Shown in pieces: positions 39,147 to 48,672 of a stretch of DNA of 64,000 bases. The position numbers were made by a program, and so were the translations under genes. Positions within the stretch are counted from its first letter, which is position 1, and the number at the start of each line of letters is the position of its first letter. The stretch lies in IMG/VR virus record IMGVR_UViG_3300045988_109391; one strand, given 5' to 3'. The notes under the pieces are model-generated. The model did no database searches. It had not been told where the DNA came from and saw only the letters and a list, made by a program, of their open reading frames with translations. This DNA is from a virus.

Positions 39147-39638
39147 ATGAGTAAATTAATTGACAATGAAGCATCAAGAAAAGCTTCTTTTGGAATATTA
39201 GAAGCTTTGAAAGAAGCAGAAAACGTAGAAGTAAAAAAGACAGTAATGTATGAAGGAGCTTGCACAGGTTGTAAATCTTGTGAAGAGCCAGAGGGTTCTA
39301 ATGACCCTATTCCAGAAGAAAAAAAGGAGTCTTTAAAAGAAGACGAAGAAGATAAAGAAAAATTAGATGATGCTACTGCTTTAACAGACGCTGAAACTAA
39401 AACAGAAGAACAAGAAGAAATAGTATCTGATGACGACACATCAGTAGTAGAAGCTGAAGAAAAAATGGTAGAAGGATTAAAAGTACTAGAAAGTGCTAAT
39501 GGAGCATTCTTACTAAAAGAGTCAGCTGGTTATATTGTAGGTAAAAACTATAATGAAAAAACTGGAATAATAGAAGAAGCTGAATGCTATAAAACAGAGA
39601 AAGTAGCAAGAAGAGTATTTGACAAAATAAGCAAATAA
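39147..39638 (+). CDS. Acidic hypothetical protein
   Basis: AAGGAGG RBS. Confidence 0.55.
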   Translation: MSKLIDNEASRKASFGILEALKEAENVEVKKTVMYEGACTGCKSCEEPEGSNDPIPEEKKESLKEDEEDKEKLDDATALTDAETKTEEQEEIVSDDDTSVVEAEEKMVEGLKVLESANGAFLLKESAGYIVGKNYNEKTGIIEEAECYKTEKVARRVFDKISK

Positions 39639-39685
39639 GCAAGTAGTAGTTTACATAGCATATTATCTTTAGGAGGTAATATGCT

Positions 39686-40066
39686 ATGAACTTAAACTCA
39701 TTCAAAGATGCATTAGAAGAAAGATTACAAGAAATAGATAAATATGCTAGTAATCCACCAGACATAAAGCCATTATCTCATAATGATTTATTAAATTATG
39801 ACAAGATAATGCAAGAGTATAGTAGAGTGGTTACTTTAAGTCAAGAACTTAATAGAATAATATTTGCTTCTGAGTATTTACAATCAAAAACAGAAGAAGC
39901 AATATCAATGCTTAGTAGCAATTTAGAGATAGAATTAAAACAAAAAACTGTTCTTAAGAGAGGATTAGATTTATTAAAATGTAGAACTTACCCTTTATAT
40001 GGAGAACAGAAAAACTATACTAATATGATAATGTTTTATCAAGGAAGAAGAAAAGATGTTAGATAG
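39686..40066 (+). CDS. Hypothetical protein
   Basis: AGGAGGT RBS. Confidence 0.55.
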   Translation: MNLNSFKDALEERLQEIDKYASNPPDIKPLSHNDLLNYDKIMQEYSRVVTLSQELNRIIFASEYLQSKTEEAISMLSSNLEIELKQKTVLKRGLDLLKCRTYPLYGEQKNYTNMIMFYQGRRKDVR

Positions 40067-40082
40067 AGAGGAGAGATATTAA

Positions 40083-40760
40083 ATGGCTAAAACTTTAAAA
40101 CTAGTAGAAGCTAATATTTTTGGAATAGACTCAGCTGAAGAAAGAAATGCAAAAGAAGACTCAATAGAAAAAGGTCTTTATTCAGAGGCTGAAGAACCAA
40201 TAGATATTGAAAACTCAGAAGATACAGTAGATGAAGTAGTAGATGATATACAAGACGAAACTCCAACTGAAGATGAAGAAGAAATCTCTGCTTTAGATAC
40301 TCAATTAAATGAGCTTAGAGAAATATTACCAGATTTAGACTTAAGATTATATCAAGTTACTAACAAAGAAGATACTAATAAAGTATTTTATTTCATTGGA
40401 AAAGTAGCAGAAAACTCAGACGATGTTTTAATGCTAGTAGATACTAATCCAGAAGCTGAAGAAGTATCAGAAATTCCAGTGGAAGAAGGCTCATTAAAAG
40501 AAGCAGCTTTTGAAGCTATAGAAGACAAAGAGGAAACTGAAGAACCAGAAAACTTTGACTTTCAAGTAATTCCAAATTCTTATGATGAATTAGCTAAATT
40601 AAATCCAAGATATGGAGAAGATTTAACTCCAGACCATGAGAAAATAATGGAGTACTTAATGAATTGTTTGGTAAAGAAAAATCCAGATAGAGCAGAAGAA
40701 TTACAAGCTGAGAAAGCACCAGAAGATTTGGAAGAGCCAGAAACTTCTGAAGAAATATAA
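40083..40760 (+). CDS. Strongly acidic hypothetical protein
   Basis: GAGGAGAG RBS; long Asp/Glu runs (DTVDEVVDDIQDETPTEDEEE). Confidence 0.55.
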   Translation: MAKTLKLVEANIFGIDSAEERNAKEDSIEKGLYSEAEEPIDIENSEDTVDEVVDDIQDETPTEDEEEISALDTQLNELREILPDLDLRLYQVTNKEDTNKVFYFIGKVAENSDDVLMLVDTNPEAEEVSEIPVEEGSLKEAAFEAIEDKEETEEPENFDFQVIPNSYDELAKLNPRYGEDLTPDHEKIMEYLMNCLVKKNPDRAEELQAEKAPEDLEEPETSEEI

Positions 40761-40778
40761 TGAAAGGAGAAAAAGAAG

Positions 40779-42623
40779 ATGCCAAAAACATTTAGATTAA
40801 TAATAAAAGAAAGCATTCAATCAGCTTCAGACACTATGGCTAAAATAAAAGAAAAAATAAAAGAAGCTGATGGTCAAGATACAGACATAAAATTAGAAGA
40901 TATTTATGTCATAAAAAATGATAATAAATATGACATCATGTGGGTAAGTGGTTCTGATGGAGATACTGCTAGAATAGCTAGTATGAATTTAGATGAACTA
41001 CCAGAAGCTGATTTAAAAGAACTAGGAATACTAAGAGAAAAAGAAACAGAATCAGTAGTAAGAAGAGTAGACGCTGAAAAAATAACTGATGAAGGACCAG
41101 ATGTTATAAATGAAGAACAGTATGTTACATTAAATGATGGAAGAGATAATGAAGACACAGATTATATAATTCAAGATGTTACAGAGCTAGAAGACGTAAC
41201 AGACGAAGATGTAGAAGCTCCATCTATTGATGGTTTATTATCTTTAGTAAATGAAAGTTTATCTACTAAGTATGGCAATGCTTGGGGCTATATGAAAGCT
41301 CATTCTATAGCTAAAAAAGAGTCATTGCAATATGCTATAATAGATATAGTAACTCCATCTATACTAAAAGAGAATAAAGCTGCTAAGATGAAAGATACTG
41401 CCGTATCTAAAACTATAATACTAGAAAGTATACCAAACTCTAAATTAGTTAACTTTAAAGTAAATACATTAGCTGGTACTACAAGGTTTAGTCAAAAAAC
41501 TAGCAACCCAGCAAAAGTATTTTCAAGATGGTTAGAGTCAGAGTATTTATATGATGAGATGGTAAAAGATTTCCAAAAGAAAATAGAAGCTAGACAAGCA
41601 GAGTTAAAAGATTCTACAGAAGCTTATCTTAAAGAAAATCCTGAACTAGCTAATAGAATAAATGTTCTAAAAGCTCAAGCTAAATTATTAAAAGATGCTA
41701 AAATGTTTGAAGAAGGAAAAGACGATTTAGTAACACTAATGTATGGTGTAGCTGCAGAATTTCCAGCAAATACTAATACACAAACAAGCGATAAAACTAT
41801 AAACAAAGCAACTGAGATACAAACTCAAGCTTTTGATACTATAGATGCTATAGTAGAATTATTATTCGGAAAAGAATACGTAAAAGAACCTAGCAAAGAA
41901 GAAAAAGAGGTAGCTAAAGAGAACAAGAAAGTAATAAAAGAAAGCTATGAAAGTTTTAAAATAGGAGAAATAGAAGGAACATTCAATCCAGAAACTATGG
42001 AAGCAATGTATTCTATACCTGCTGATAATATAAAAGATAAAAGAATAAATTTATCTAAAGTACCTTCAGTAGAAACTCCTTATAACACAGAAACTATAAT
42101 AAAAGATTACGTAGAAAAGAACTTTGGTTTAATTAATGCTGAAGAAGAGCCTACCGCAGACGCTACTCCAGAAATACAAAACGATGAAGAAGTAGTAGAA
42201 GAAGCTGCTGATGATACTTTACCTACAGAACCAAATGAACCTGGAGAGCCTACTCCAGCTGAAAATAAACCAGAAGAGGAACCAGTAGAAAACCAATCAG
42301 AAACAGGAGAAGCTTCTTTCTTTAAAGTAAGACAATCAGAACCAGTAAACATAGAAACTCTACAATCTAAACTAGCAAGTGGAATAGATACTCAAGCTAG
42401 CCCTTATATAGTAGTAGAAGAAAGAACAATCCCTAAAGAAGAAATGGAAGCTTACTTATCAGATTTATCTAAGCCTCAATCTTTCTTACAAAATATAGGA
42501 ACTATAGATAGAAAGAATTACCCATTCAATGTAGTAAAATTAAGCGCTAATGGAATTCCTTACACTATATTAGTGGACCCTGTAGGGTATGACTATGGAC
42601 GCTATGTAGCTATAGTTCAATAG
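40779..42623 (+). CDS. Large acidic protein (614 aa), function unknown
   Basis: AAAGGAG RBS; Pro/Glu-rich segment EPNEPGEPTPAENKPEEEPVE. Confidence 0.6.
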   Translation: MPKTFRLIIKESIQSASDTMAKIKEKIKEADGQDTDIKLEDIYVIKNDNKYDIMWVSGSDGDTARIASMNLDELPEADLKELGILREKETESVVRRVDAEKITDEGPDVINEEQYVTLNDGRDNEDTDYIIQDVTELEDVTDEDVEAPSIDGLLSLVNESLSTKYGNAWGYMKAHSIAKKESLQYAIIDIVTPSILKENKAAKMKDTAVSKTIILESIPNSKLVNFKVNTLAGTTRFSQKTSNPAKVFSRWLESEYLYDEMVKDFQKKIEARQAELKDSTEAYLKENPELANRINVLKAQAKLLKDAKMFEEGKDDLVTLMYGVAAEFPANTNTQTSDKTINKATEIQTQAFDTIDAIVELLFGKEYVKEPSKEEKEVAKENKKVIKESYESFKIGEIEGTFNPETMEAMYSIPADNIKDKRINLSKVPSVETPYNTETIIKDYVEKNFGLINAEEEPTADATPEIQNDEEVVEEAADDTLPTEPNEPGEPTPAENKPEEEPVENQSETGEASFFKVRQSEPVNIETLQSKLASGIDTQASPYIVVEERTIPKEEMEAYLSDLSKPQSFLQNIGTIDRKNYPFNVVKLSANGIPYTILVDPVGYDYGRYVAIVQ

Positions 42624-42674
42624 TTTAGTCAATCATTTATAATTAGCCTCCAAATTAATTATAAATTGAATATT

Positions 42675-42710
42675 AGAAGTAGTATATTAAATTATATTAC
42701 TTCTATTTTT
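42675..42710 (+). terminator. Rho-independent terminator
   Basis: ~12-bp stem AGAAGTAGTATA / TATATTACTTCT (1 mismatch) followed by ATTTTT. Confidence 0.6.
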
Positions 42711-42798
42711 ATGTACTTCTAGGGTCATTCTCGTAACATCTATTTACTTATTATTTTTACTTTATAAATATATACTATATTAAGAGGAGGTAGAAAAT

Positions 42799-43170
42799 AT
42801 GAATGAAGCAATAATTAATCAAGTATTAATTCCAGTCTTAGCTACTATTCTTACTGGAGTGTTCTCATATATTGGAATGAGAATTAAATCTATATATGAA
42901 GAAAAAGTAGATACAGAAGTTAAAAAACAAATAGTAAGTGCTACTGTTCAATACGTAGAACAAGTTTATTCTAAGTTAAAAGGAGAAGAAAAGCTAAAGA
43001 AAGCTATTGAAACAGCATCAGCTTGGTTAAATGACAGAGGAATTTATGTTAGCGAAGCAGAGCTTACTATTTTACTAGAAGCTGCTGTAAATGGATTTAC
43101 TACAGAGTTTGAAATGAACAAAGATTTTAAAGATAACAAAAAGCGTAAAACTTTAAAGGAAGGAGAATAA
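42799..43170 (+). CDS. Holin, LL-H family-like
   Basis: Single N-terminal TM VLIPVLATILTGVFSYIGM. The pattern ..VSATVQYVEQ....GEEKLKKAIETASAWLNDRGIYVSEAELTILLEAAV is typical of LL-H holins. It lies immediately upstream of the lysin. Confidence 0.65.
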   Translation: MNEAIINQVLIPVLATILTGVFSYIGMRIKSIYEEKVDTEVKKQIVSATVQYVEQVYSKLKGEEKLKKAIETASAWLNDRGIYVSEAELTILLEAAVNGFTTEFEMNKDFKDNKKRKTLKEGE

Positions 43171-43173
43171 TTT

Positions 43174-44667
43174 ATGAAAAAATTACTAGAATTTGTACTA
43201 TCATTAGTTTTAGTTTTTCTATTAACTATAGTAATTACTGGATGCAGTAATAAAAATATAGTAGAAAACAATACAGTCAATATAGTTGAAAATGAAACTG
43301 TTGTATCTACACCAGAAACTATAGATGAAAACAATATTGATGAAGAAGGACTAGAGGTAGAAGGGTTTATTGAAAGCAATCCTGATATGATATCTGGAGC
43401 TACCATAAATGAAGAAGATAAATTTGTAGTAGGAGCTAAACAAGAAAATCCAGTTTATTATTCACAAATAGATAGCAGATGGAAAAATCACCCATACTCA
43501 GCTATAGGTAAAGCTAGCCAAACTATAGGTTCTTCTGGATGTGGACCTACATCTTCAGCTATGGTAGTATCTACAATAAAAGGTATTATAAGACCAGATG
43601 AAATGGGAGACTTATATTTAAAATATGGTTATCGTTCACCATATGATGGAACATATTTTTCAGCGTTTCAATGGACAGCTAACTACTTTGGCATAGGCTT
43701 CAAGAGAGTGTGGAACGTAAATGCTGCTATACAAGCAGTAAGAGATAATTACTACGTAATAGCTAGTTGCGGAAAAGGTTTATTTACTACTGGAGGACAT
43801 TTTATAGTTTTATATGGAATAGACGGAGATACTCTAAAAATATATGACCCATATATGTACAATGGAAAATTTAATTACGGAAATAGAGGAGGAAAAGTAA
43901 ATGTTGAAGGAAATACAGTTTACTGTTCTGTGTATAATTTTAAAGCTTATGCTAACTCAGGAGCATGGTTTTGCTTTAAATCTGAAGGACAGCAAGTAGA
44001 CCCTACTCCAACTCCAGAACCAACACCTGTTCCATCTATTGACATTAAGAATGGCGTAGTAAATGTTAGAACTAGCTTAAATGTTAGAAGAGGACCTGGT
44101 ACTGGCTATTCATACGTTAGAAGCTTATATAATGGAGCTAGAGTAACTATATATGAAACACAAAATGGGTGGTATAGAATAGGAAATAGAGAATGGGTAA
44201 TAGATGATTATATAAGAGTTGGAAGTGTTAGTCCTTCTGTTACTAGCACTGTAGGACAAACTAGAAAACTAAAATCAACTACTACTTTATACTCTAAGTC
44301 TAATCTATCTGGAACTAGATATACTTATTTAGCTAATACAAGTGTTAAAATACTACAGAATGTAAATGCAAACGTAGACTATATTTATATACCAGCTACT
44401 GGAAGATATGCATATGTAGAAGTAGTAGCATACACAACTTCTAACGGAAGTTATACTCCTGCTAAAACTAGCACAGTCGGTAGATATATGAAATTTAGAA
44501 CTACTTATACTTATATCTATTCTAACTCGAATTTAAGCGGCTATAGATATACTTACTTAGCTAATACGCAGGTTAAAATTTTAAAAAATATCTCTACTAC
44601 TGTAGATTATATTTATGTGCCAACTACTGGTAGATACGGCTATGTTTCTACTTCAGTATATAAATAG
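43174..44667 (+). CDS. Endolysin / cell-wall hydrolase: lipoprotein signal + C39-like Cys peptidase domain + tandem SH3b-like wall-binding repeats
   Basis: The signal peptide has a lipobox, LTIVITG|C. GSSGCGPTSSAMVV carries the Cys and GGHFIVLYG the His. A Pro/Thr linker (PTPTPEPTPVP) follows. An SH3-like NVRRGPGTGYS...GWYRI is present. Two ~80-aa repeats share NLSG.RYTYLANT.VKIL.N....VDYIY.P.TGRY.YV. Confidence 0.65.
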   Translation: MKKLLEFVLSLVLVFLLTIVITGCSNKNIVENNTVNIVENETVVSTPETIDENNIDEEGLEVEGFIESNPDMISGATINEEDKFVVGAKQENPVYYSQIDSRWKNHPYSAIGKASQTIGSSGCGPTSSAMVVSTIKGIIRPDEMGDLYLKYGYRSPYDGTYFSAFQWTANYFGIGFKRVWNVNAAIQAVRDNYYVIASCGKGLFTTGGHFIVLYGIDGDTLKIYDPYMYNGKFNYGNRGGKVNVEGNTVYCSVYNFKAYANSGAWFCFKSEGQQVDPTPTPEPTPVPSIDIKNGVVNVRTSLNVRRGPGTGYSYVRSLYNGARVTIYETQNGWYRIGNREWVIDDYIRVGSVSPSVTSTVGQTRKLKSTTTLYSKSNLSGTRYTYLANTSVKILQNVNANVDYIYIPATGRYAYVEVVAYTTSNGSYTPAKTSTVGRYMKFRTTYTYIYSNSNLSGYRYTYLANTQVKILKNISTTVDYIYVPTTGRYGYVSTSVYK

Positions 44668-44734
44668 GATTATGCTAAAGTAGCATATTATATATGTGGA
44701 ATTTAATTATACCACGTCTATCCTTTTTTATGGC

Positions 44735-44768
44735 TAGTAGCAGTAGAAATGCTGCTACTAATATTTTT
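44735..44768 (+). terminator. Rho-independent terminator
   Basis: Stem TAGTAGCAG / CTGCTACTA with an 8-nt loop, followed by ATATTTTT. Confidence 0.7.
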
Positions 44769-44774
44769 AATTAA

Positions 44775-44807
44775 ACTATTTACAAAGTGTAAATAATAGT
44801 ATATAAT
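44775..44807 (+). promoter_or_regulatory. Early (sigma-A-like) promoter
   Basis: The sequence is aaacTATTTACAaagtgtaaataatagTATATAAT. Confidence 0.65.
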
Positions 44808-44826
44808 ACTAATAGGAGGATTTGAA

Positions 44827-45000
44827 ATGAAAGCATTTATGAAAGATGATAATACTCTAATAATAAACACTATGATAGAACCAAATGAGAAAGAGCAGTT
44901 TATAAAATTTGTAGAAAAGGCAGTAAATAGACCAGTACGAGCTTTAGAAACTTATGACTCAGACGGTAATGTCTCTGGTGTAATGATAAAATTAACATAG
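44827..45000 (+). CDS. Hypothetical small early protein (57 aa)
   Basis: AGGAGGA RBS directly after the early promoter. Confidence 0.5.
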   Translation: MKAFMKDDNTLIINTMIEPNEKEQFIKFVEKAVNRPVRALETYDSDGNVSGVMIKLT

Positions 45001-45014
45001 GAAGGAGTACTGAA

Positions 45015-45503
45015 ATGAAAACAGACTTTGAAAGTATGCAAGAACAAAGAACTTATATTAGAAACTTAGTAGATAGAAAACTAAAGTTTATTCCAAAGTG
45101 TAGTGTTTGTGGTAGTAAAGATGTAACTATCATACACAACTTTAAGCATCCATATGATATAGGTTTTATTTGTAAATCTTGCAGAGCTGGAAAAACTAAA
45201 GAAGAATTACAGAAAATTCCAAAAATAAATTTACTAGAAAATATAGAAGTAAATAGTAGATACTCACACTCTAAAAATTTAGTACTAACTAAAGAAATAA
45301 AGAATTTAATAAATGAGTCTCTGAAAACAAATTTATCTTTAACTGAATTTTTAAGAGAGAAAAAATTTTCATATAAAAAATTTAACTATGCTTTAGAACT
45401 TTATGAAAAAGAAAGAAAAAATATCACTCAAGACGTAAAAACTCATTTTAAAAGTTTAAGAGCAGAAAAAATTAAAAATTCTATCAAAAATCATAAAAGT
45501 TAA
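45015..45503 (+). CDS. Hypothetical zinc-ribbon protein
   Basis: GAAGGAG RBS; CSVCG...CKSC motif. Confidence 0.55.
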   Translation: MKTDFESMQEQRTYIRNLVDRKLKFIPKCSVCGSKDVTIIHNFKHPYDIGFICKSCRAGKTKEELQKIPKINLLENIEVNSRYSHSKNLVLTKEIKNLINESLKTNLSLTEFLREKKFSYKKFNYALELYEKERKNITQDVKTHFKSLRAEKIKNSIKNHKS

Positions 45504-45514
45504 TTAAAAATGAA

Positions 45515-45545
45515 GCTCTAGAATTAATTCTAGAGCCTTTTTATA
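45515..45545 (+). terminator. Rho-independent terminator
   Basis: Palindrome GCTCTAGAAT..ATTCTAGAGC followed by CTTTTTATATTTT. Confidence 0.7.
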
Positions 45546-45647
45546 TTTTATTAATAAAATTATATATCTAATATAGTAAAATGTACTAGCGTTAAACTTC
45601 GTTAATTCTAGAAAAAATGTTAAAAATTTTTAAAAATTTTTGTAAAA

Positions 45648-45679
45648 ACTATTTACAAACTGAAAATAATGGTATAATA
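45648..45679 (+). promoter_or_regulatory. Early (sigma-A-like) promoter
   Basis: The sequence is aaaacTATTTACAaactgaaaataaTGgTATAAT, with an extended -10 TGnTATAAT. Confidence 0.7.
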
Positions 45680-45713
45680 TACTATCATAATAAATATTTA
45701 GGAGGTAGTACAA

Positions 45714-45869
45714 ATGAAAATGTGTCCAAAATGTAAAAGACCGATAATCGGTTACCCTGCAATTAGTAGAAAAGACAATAAAACTGAAATTTGCAGCAAG
45801 TGTGGACAAGAAGAAGCTATAAGAGATTTTATGAAAGCGTATGTGCATAAAAGTAATAAGGAGGATTGA
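45714..45869 (+). CDS. Small zinc-ribbon protein (51 aa)
   Basis: AGGAGGT RBS; MKMCPKCKRP...CSKCGQEE. The track shows only a spurious antisense ORF (45630-45848) here. Confidence 0.55.
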   Translation: MKMCPKCKRPIIGYPAISRKDNKTEICSKCGQEEAIRDFMKAYVHKSNKED

Positions 45870-46093
45870 TGATGATTAAGAAAATAACTAATACAGACTT
45901 AATGGATGTGATTGATAAAATCATGGAAACCCAAGCTTACTTAGAATTTTTAGATGAGCAGCTAGGAAGGCATTTATCTACAGAAACTAGAGAAAAATAT
46001 ACTAGACAATTAAAATCAGCTAAAAATAGACTTAGAAAATTAAACAAGAAAGAAACAGAAATTATGAGTAAACTAGGTGATACAAATGTTTAA
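45869..46093 (+). CDS. Hypothetical small protein
   Basis: AAGGAGGA RBS. Confidence 0.55.
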   Translation: MMIKKITNTDLMDVIDKIMETQAYLEFLDEQLGRHLSTETREKYTRQLKSAKNRLRKLNKKETEIMSKLGDTNV

Positions 46094-46547
46094 AGATTTA
46101 TTTGGAGTCAAGAAATCAAAATTAGATGAAAACAGGAGATATAAAAACTTAATCGATACTACTCTTATTACATTTGTAGAAGACTGCGAAAAAGAGTATT
46201 TAGAAGTTAAAGATATAGAAGCTATTAAGCATGATTTTGATTATTTCTGTAGTAAACTTACATCGATAGATAGCAATATAACGAAGTTAAAATTACTTGC
46301 TACTGGAAAAGTAGTTTTGCATGAGTCTGCAGGTAAGTCAATATCTTTTACTAATCATAACGTAAGAAGCTGTATATTAGAACTAGCTGATGAATTATCT
46401 AAAGCAGAAAAAGGTGAGCTTTATACAAATGCAATTACTTTTATATGTGTAATAGGAGCTTGTGTATATGAATATTTAGATAATGTAGAAGATAAAAATA
46501 AGTATAAGCCAGATTTTGAGTCAGAAGAAAAATATTACCAAGATTAA
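46086..46547 (+). CDS. Hypothetical protein
   Basis: AGGTGA RBS; the ATG at 46086 overlaps the previous gene. Confidence 0.55.
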   Translation: MFKDLFGVKKSKLDENRRYKNLIDTTLITFVEDCEKEYLEVKDIEAIKHDFDYFCSKLTSIDSNITKLKLLATGKVVLHESAGKSISFTNHNVRSCILELADELSKAEKGELYTNAITFICVIGACVYEYLDNVEDKNKYKPDFESEEKYYQD

Positions 46548-46570
46548 GATATTAGGAGGTGCATATAAAG

Positions 46571-47167
46571 ATGAAACTAGGAAAACATAGAAAGAGAATA
46601 GATAAAAATTTATTAATAGTTTACATAATATTTATATTAACAATAAGTTACTCCATAGGACTTATTATTTTAATAAAAAATTCAACGCATAATACAGCTG
46701 AAATGCTAGTTTTACAAAACGAGTTAGACACATTAAGAATAATAGATGAAGCTAAAACTAATGAGATAAATAAGAAAGAGTCAAACATAGCAGAATTAAG
46801 TACTAAGGTTGAAGATTTAACTAAAGAATTAGAGAAGAAAAAAGTTACTAGTAGAAGTAGCTCAGAAAGAACTACTGATGGAGAATACGTAGCTTTTACT
46901 GCTACAGCATACTGTCCTTGTGCACAATGCTGCGGTAAAACGAACGGTATTACAGCTTCTGGAACTAAAGCTACAGCTGGTAGAACTGTAGCAATGAGTA
47001 GTTCTTATTCTTTTGGAACTAAGATAGAAATACGAGGGCTAGGTACTTATGTTGTAGAAGATAGAGGAGGAGCAATTCAAAGTAATAGAATAGATATTTA
47101 TTTTGATACACATCAAGAGGCATTAAATTTTGGTAGAAGAACTGTTTATTTGAAAGTAATAAAATAA
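46571..47167 (+). CDS. Membrane-anchored 3D-domain protein (MltA/RlpA-like fold, wall-active)
   Basis: N-terminal TM segment followed by a coiled coil. FTATAYCPCAQCCGKTNGITASGTKATAGRTVAMSS..FGTKIEI.GLGTYVVEDRGGAIQSNRIDIYFDTHQEALNFG is a classic 3D-domain sequence. Confidence 0.7.
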   Translation: MKLGKHRKRIDKNLLIVYIIFILTISYSIGLIILIKNSTHNTAEMLVLQNELDTLRIIDEAKTNEINKKESNIAELSTKVEDLTKELEKKKVTSRSSSERTTDGEYVAFTATAYCPCAQCCGKTNGITASGTKATAGRTVAMSSSYSFGTKIEIRGLGTYVVEDRGGAIQSNRIDIYFDTHQEALNFGRRTVYLKVIK

Positions 47168-47177
47168 GGAGGTTATT

Positions 47178-47432
47178 ATGAGTAAAAATACTATAAAAAG
47201 AGACGTATTCAAAAAGAAATATTTTAAGATACATAGAGAAGATATTGAAGGTAGAAAAACTCCAATTTATCATATAGAAACTATAGATGGTACTATATAT
47301 CTTGGAAGAATAAAATGGTTTCCAGCTTGGAGGAAATATTGTTTCTTTCCAGAAGAAGATACAATATGGGATGTTAAATGCTTAGAGGAAATCAATAAGG
47401 CTATTGAATTAGCTAAGAAAGGAAAGATTTAA
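47178..47432 (+). CDS. Hypothetical protein
   Basis: AAGGAGG RBS. Confidence 0.55.
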   Translation: MSKNTIKRDVFKKKYFKIHREDIEGRKTPIYHIETIDGTIYLGRIKWFPAWRKYCFFPEEDTIWDVKCLEEINKAIELAKKGKI

Positions 47433-47435
47433 TTC

Positions 47436-48182
47436 ATGAAAAAATATGAAATAATTGTAAGAGATATTAAAACTGGAGAAGAGGTTTTTAAAGATACTGC
47501 CAATGAGATGTTTATAGATACAGATGAAGTATCTTTAGTAAAAGGGCCAAAAAAACAAAAAGATTTAAGAATTCAAGCTTGCCATGCATTAACTTCTTTA
47601 TTCAATGTATACTTAACTGAATTTTTAGATAGTAAAGAATTAGAAGAAGTAGAAGAAGATAGTTACGATTATGTAGTAGATGCAGCTACTGATTTTTTCA
47701 ATCATATTTGTAATGCTGCTAAATACAGTGTAACACACTTTTTAAAAGATAGATTTAAAGATAAAGAATTTAAAGATAAAATTACTTTTAAGGCAGATAT
47801 TAGTACTAACGAAGGATTTCTTACTTCAATAGAAAATGAATTAATGCTAATAGCAACTAAATCAGGAATAAGTTTATTAGCTGACCCAGATAGCGAAGAT
47901 AATTTAGATGAAGTATTAAATTTATTAGGTCAAGCAGTATTTTATACAGTGCAAGGAGTTCTAATGCAATCTAATAACATAGACGACGATGAAGAATTTT
48001 CTAAACTGCTAGGACAAGTAAATAATAACAGTGAAGATATATTCAATAATATAATAGAGCAAGTAGCCGACCATGCAAAACTTTTATTAAAACATAAAGT
48101 AATAGACGAAAGATTAAATGAAGATGATGCTTACGTAGATTTGCATGAATTATTAAAACAAATGCGAGAGGACTCAGAATAA
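47436..48182 (+). CDS. Hypothetical acidic protein
   Basis: Follows the previous gene with a 3-nt gap. Confidence 0.55.
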   Translation: MKKYEIIVRDIKTGEEVFKDTANEMFIDTDEVSLVKGPKKQKDLRIQACHALTSLFNVYLTEFLDSKELEEVEEDSYDYVVDAATDFFNHICNAAKYSVTHFLKDRFKDKEFKDKITFKADISTNEGFLTSIENELMLIATKSGISLLADPDSEDNLDEVLNLLGQAVFYTVQGVLMQSNNIDDDEEFSKLLGQVNNNSEDIFNNIIEQVADHAKLLLKHKVIDERLNEDDAYVDLHELLKQMREDSE

Positions 48183-48226
48183 CTTTAGAGACACTTTTAT
48201 AGTAAATTAATATAACTTTATATCTA

Positions 48227-48260
48227 AAAGATTAGTTAAAATGCTAATCTTTTAAATTTT
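48227..48260 (+). terminator. Rho-independent terminator
   Basis: Stem AAAGATTAG / CTAATCTTT with an 8-nt loop and a T-rich tail. Confidence 0.65.
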
Positions 48261-48270
48261 ATTTATAAAA

Positions 48271-48303
48271 ACTATTTACGAACTAAAAATAATAGATTAT
48301 AAT
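48271..48303 (+). promoter_or_regulatory. Early (sigma-A-like) promoter
   Basis: The sequence is acTATTTACgaactaaaaataatagatTATAAT. Confidence 0.6.
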
Positions 48304-48342
48304 AGCATATAATAAATATAGTTAACGAGGAGGTGAATAAAA

Positions 48343-48657
48343 ATGAGTAGAATAGACCCAGTAGATGAGTTTGTGCTTAATCATGGAAATCCAAATTCTG
48401 CAGATTATAAAAGAGCTCAATCTAGATTAGAGTTAGATAAATTAGATGAACTAAAGAAGCTAAATAACAATGGTGAAGAAGAATATGTACGTCCTTATAT
48501 CTATGGAATACATCCAGTTCTAGATTTCTTTCATAAAATAGCAGAAGTATTTTGTAATGCATTTAATTTTATTACAACTATACTTTTAGCCCTTATGTAT
48601 CTTGCGATGGCTGGAGTTGGAATTTACATATTATTTATGATATTTTTTGGAAAATAG
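48343..48657 (+). CDS. Hypothetical protein with C-terminal TM helix
   Basis: GAGGAGGTG RBS; TM segment ILLALMYLAMAGVGIYILFMIFF. Confidence 0.55.
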   Translation: MSRIDPVDEFVLNHGNPNSADYKRAQSRLELDKLDELKKLNNNGEEEYVRPYIYGIHPVLDFFHKIAEVFCNAFNFITTILLALMYLAMAGVGIYILFMIFFGK

Positions 48658-48672
48658 AAGGAGGTAAAGTTA

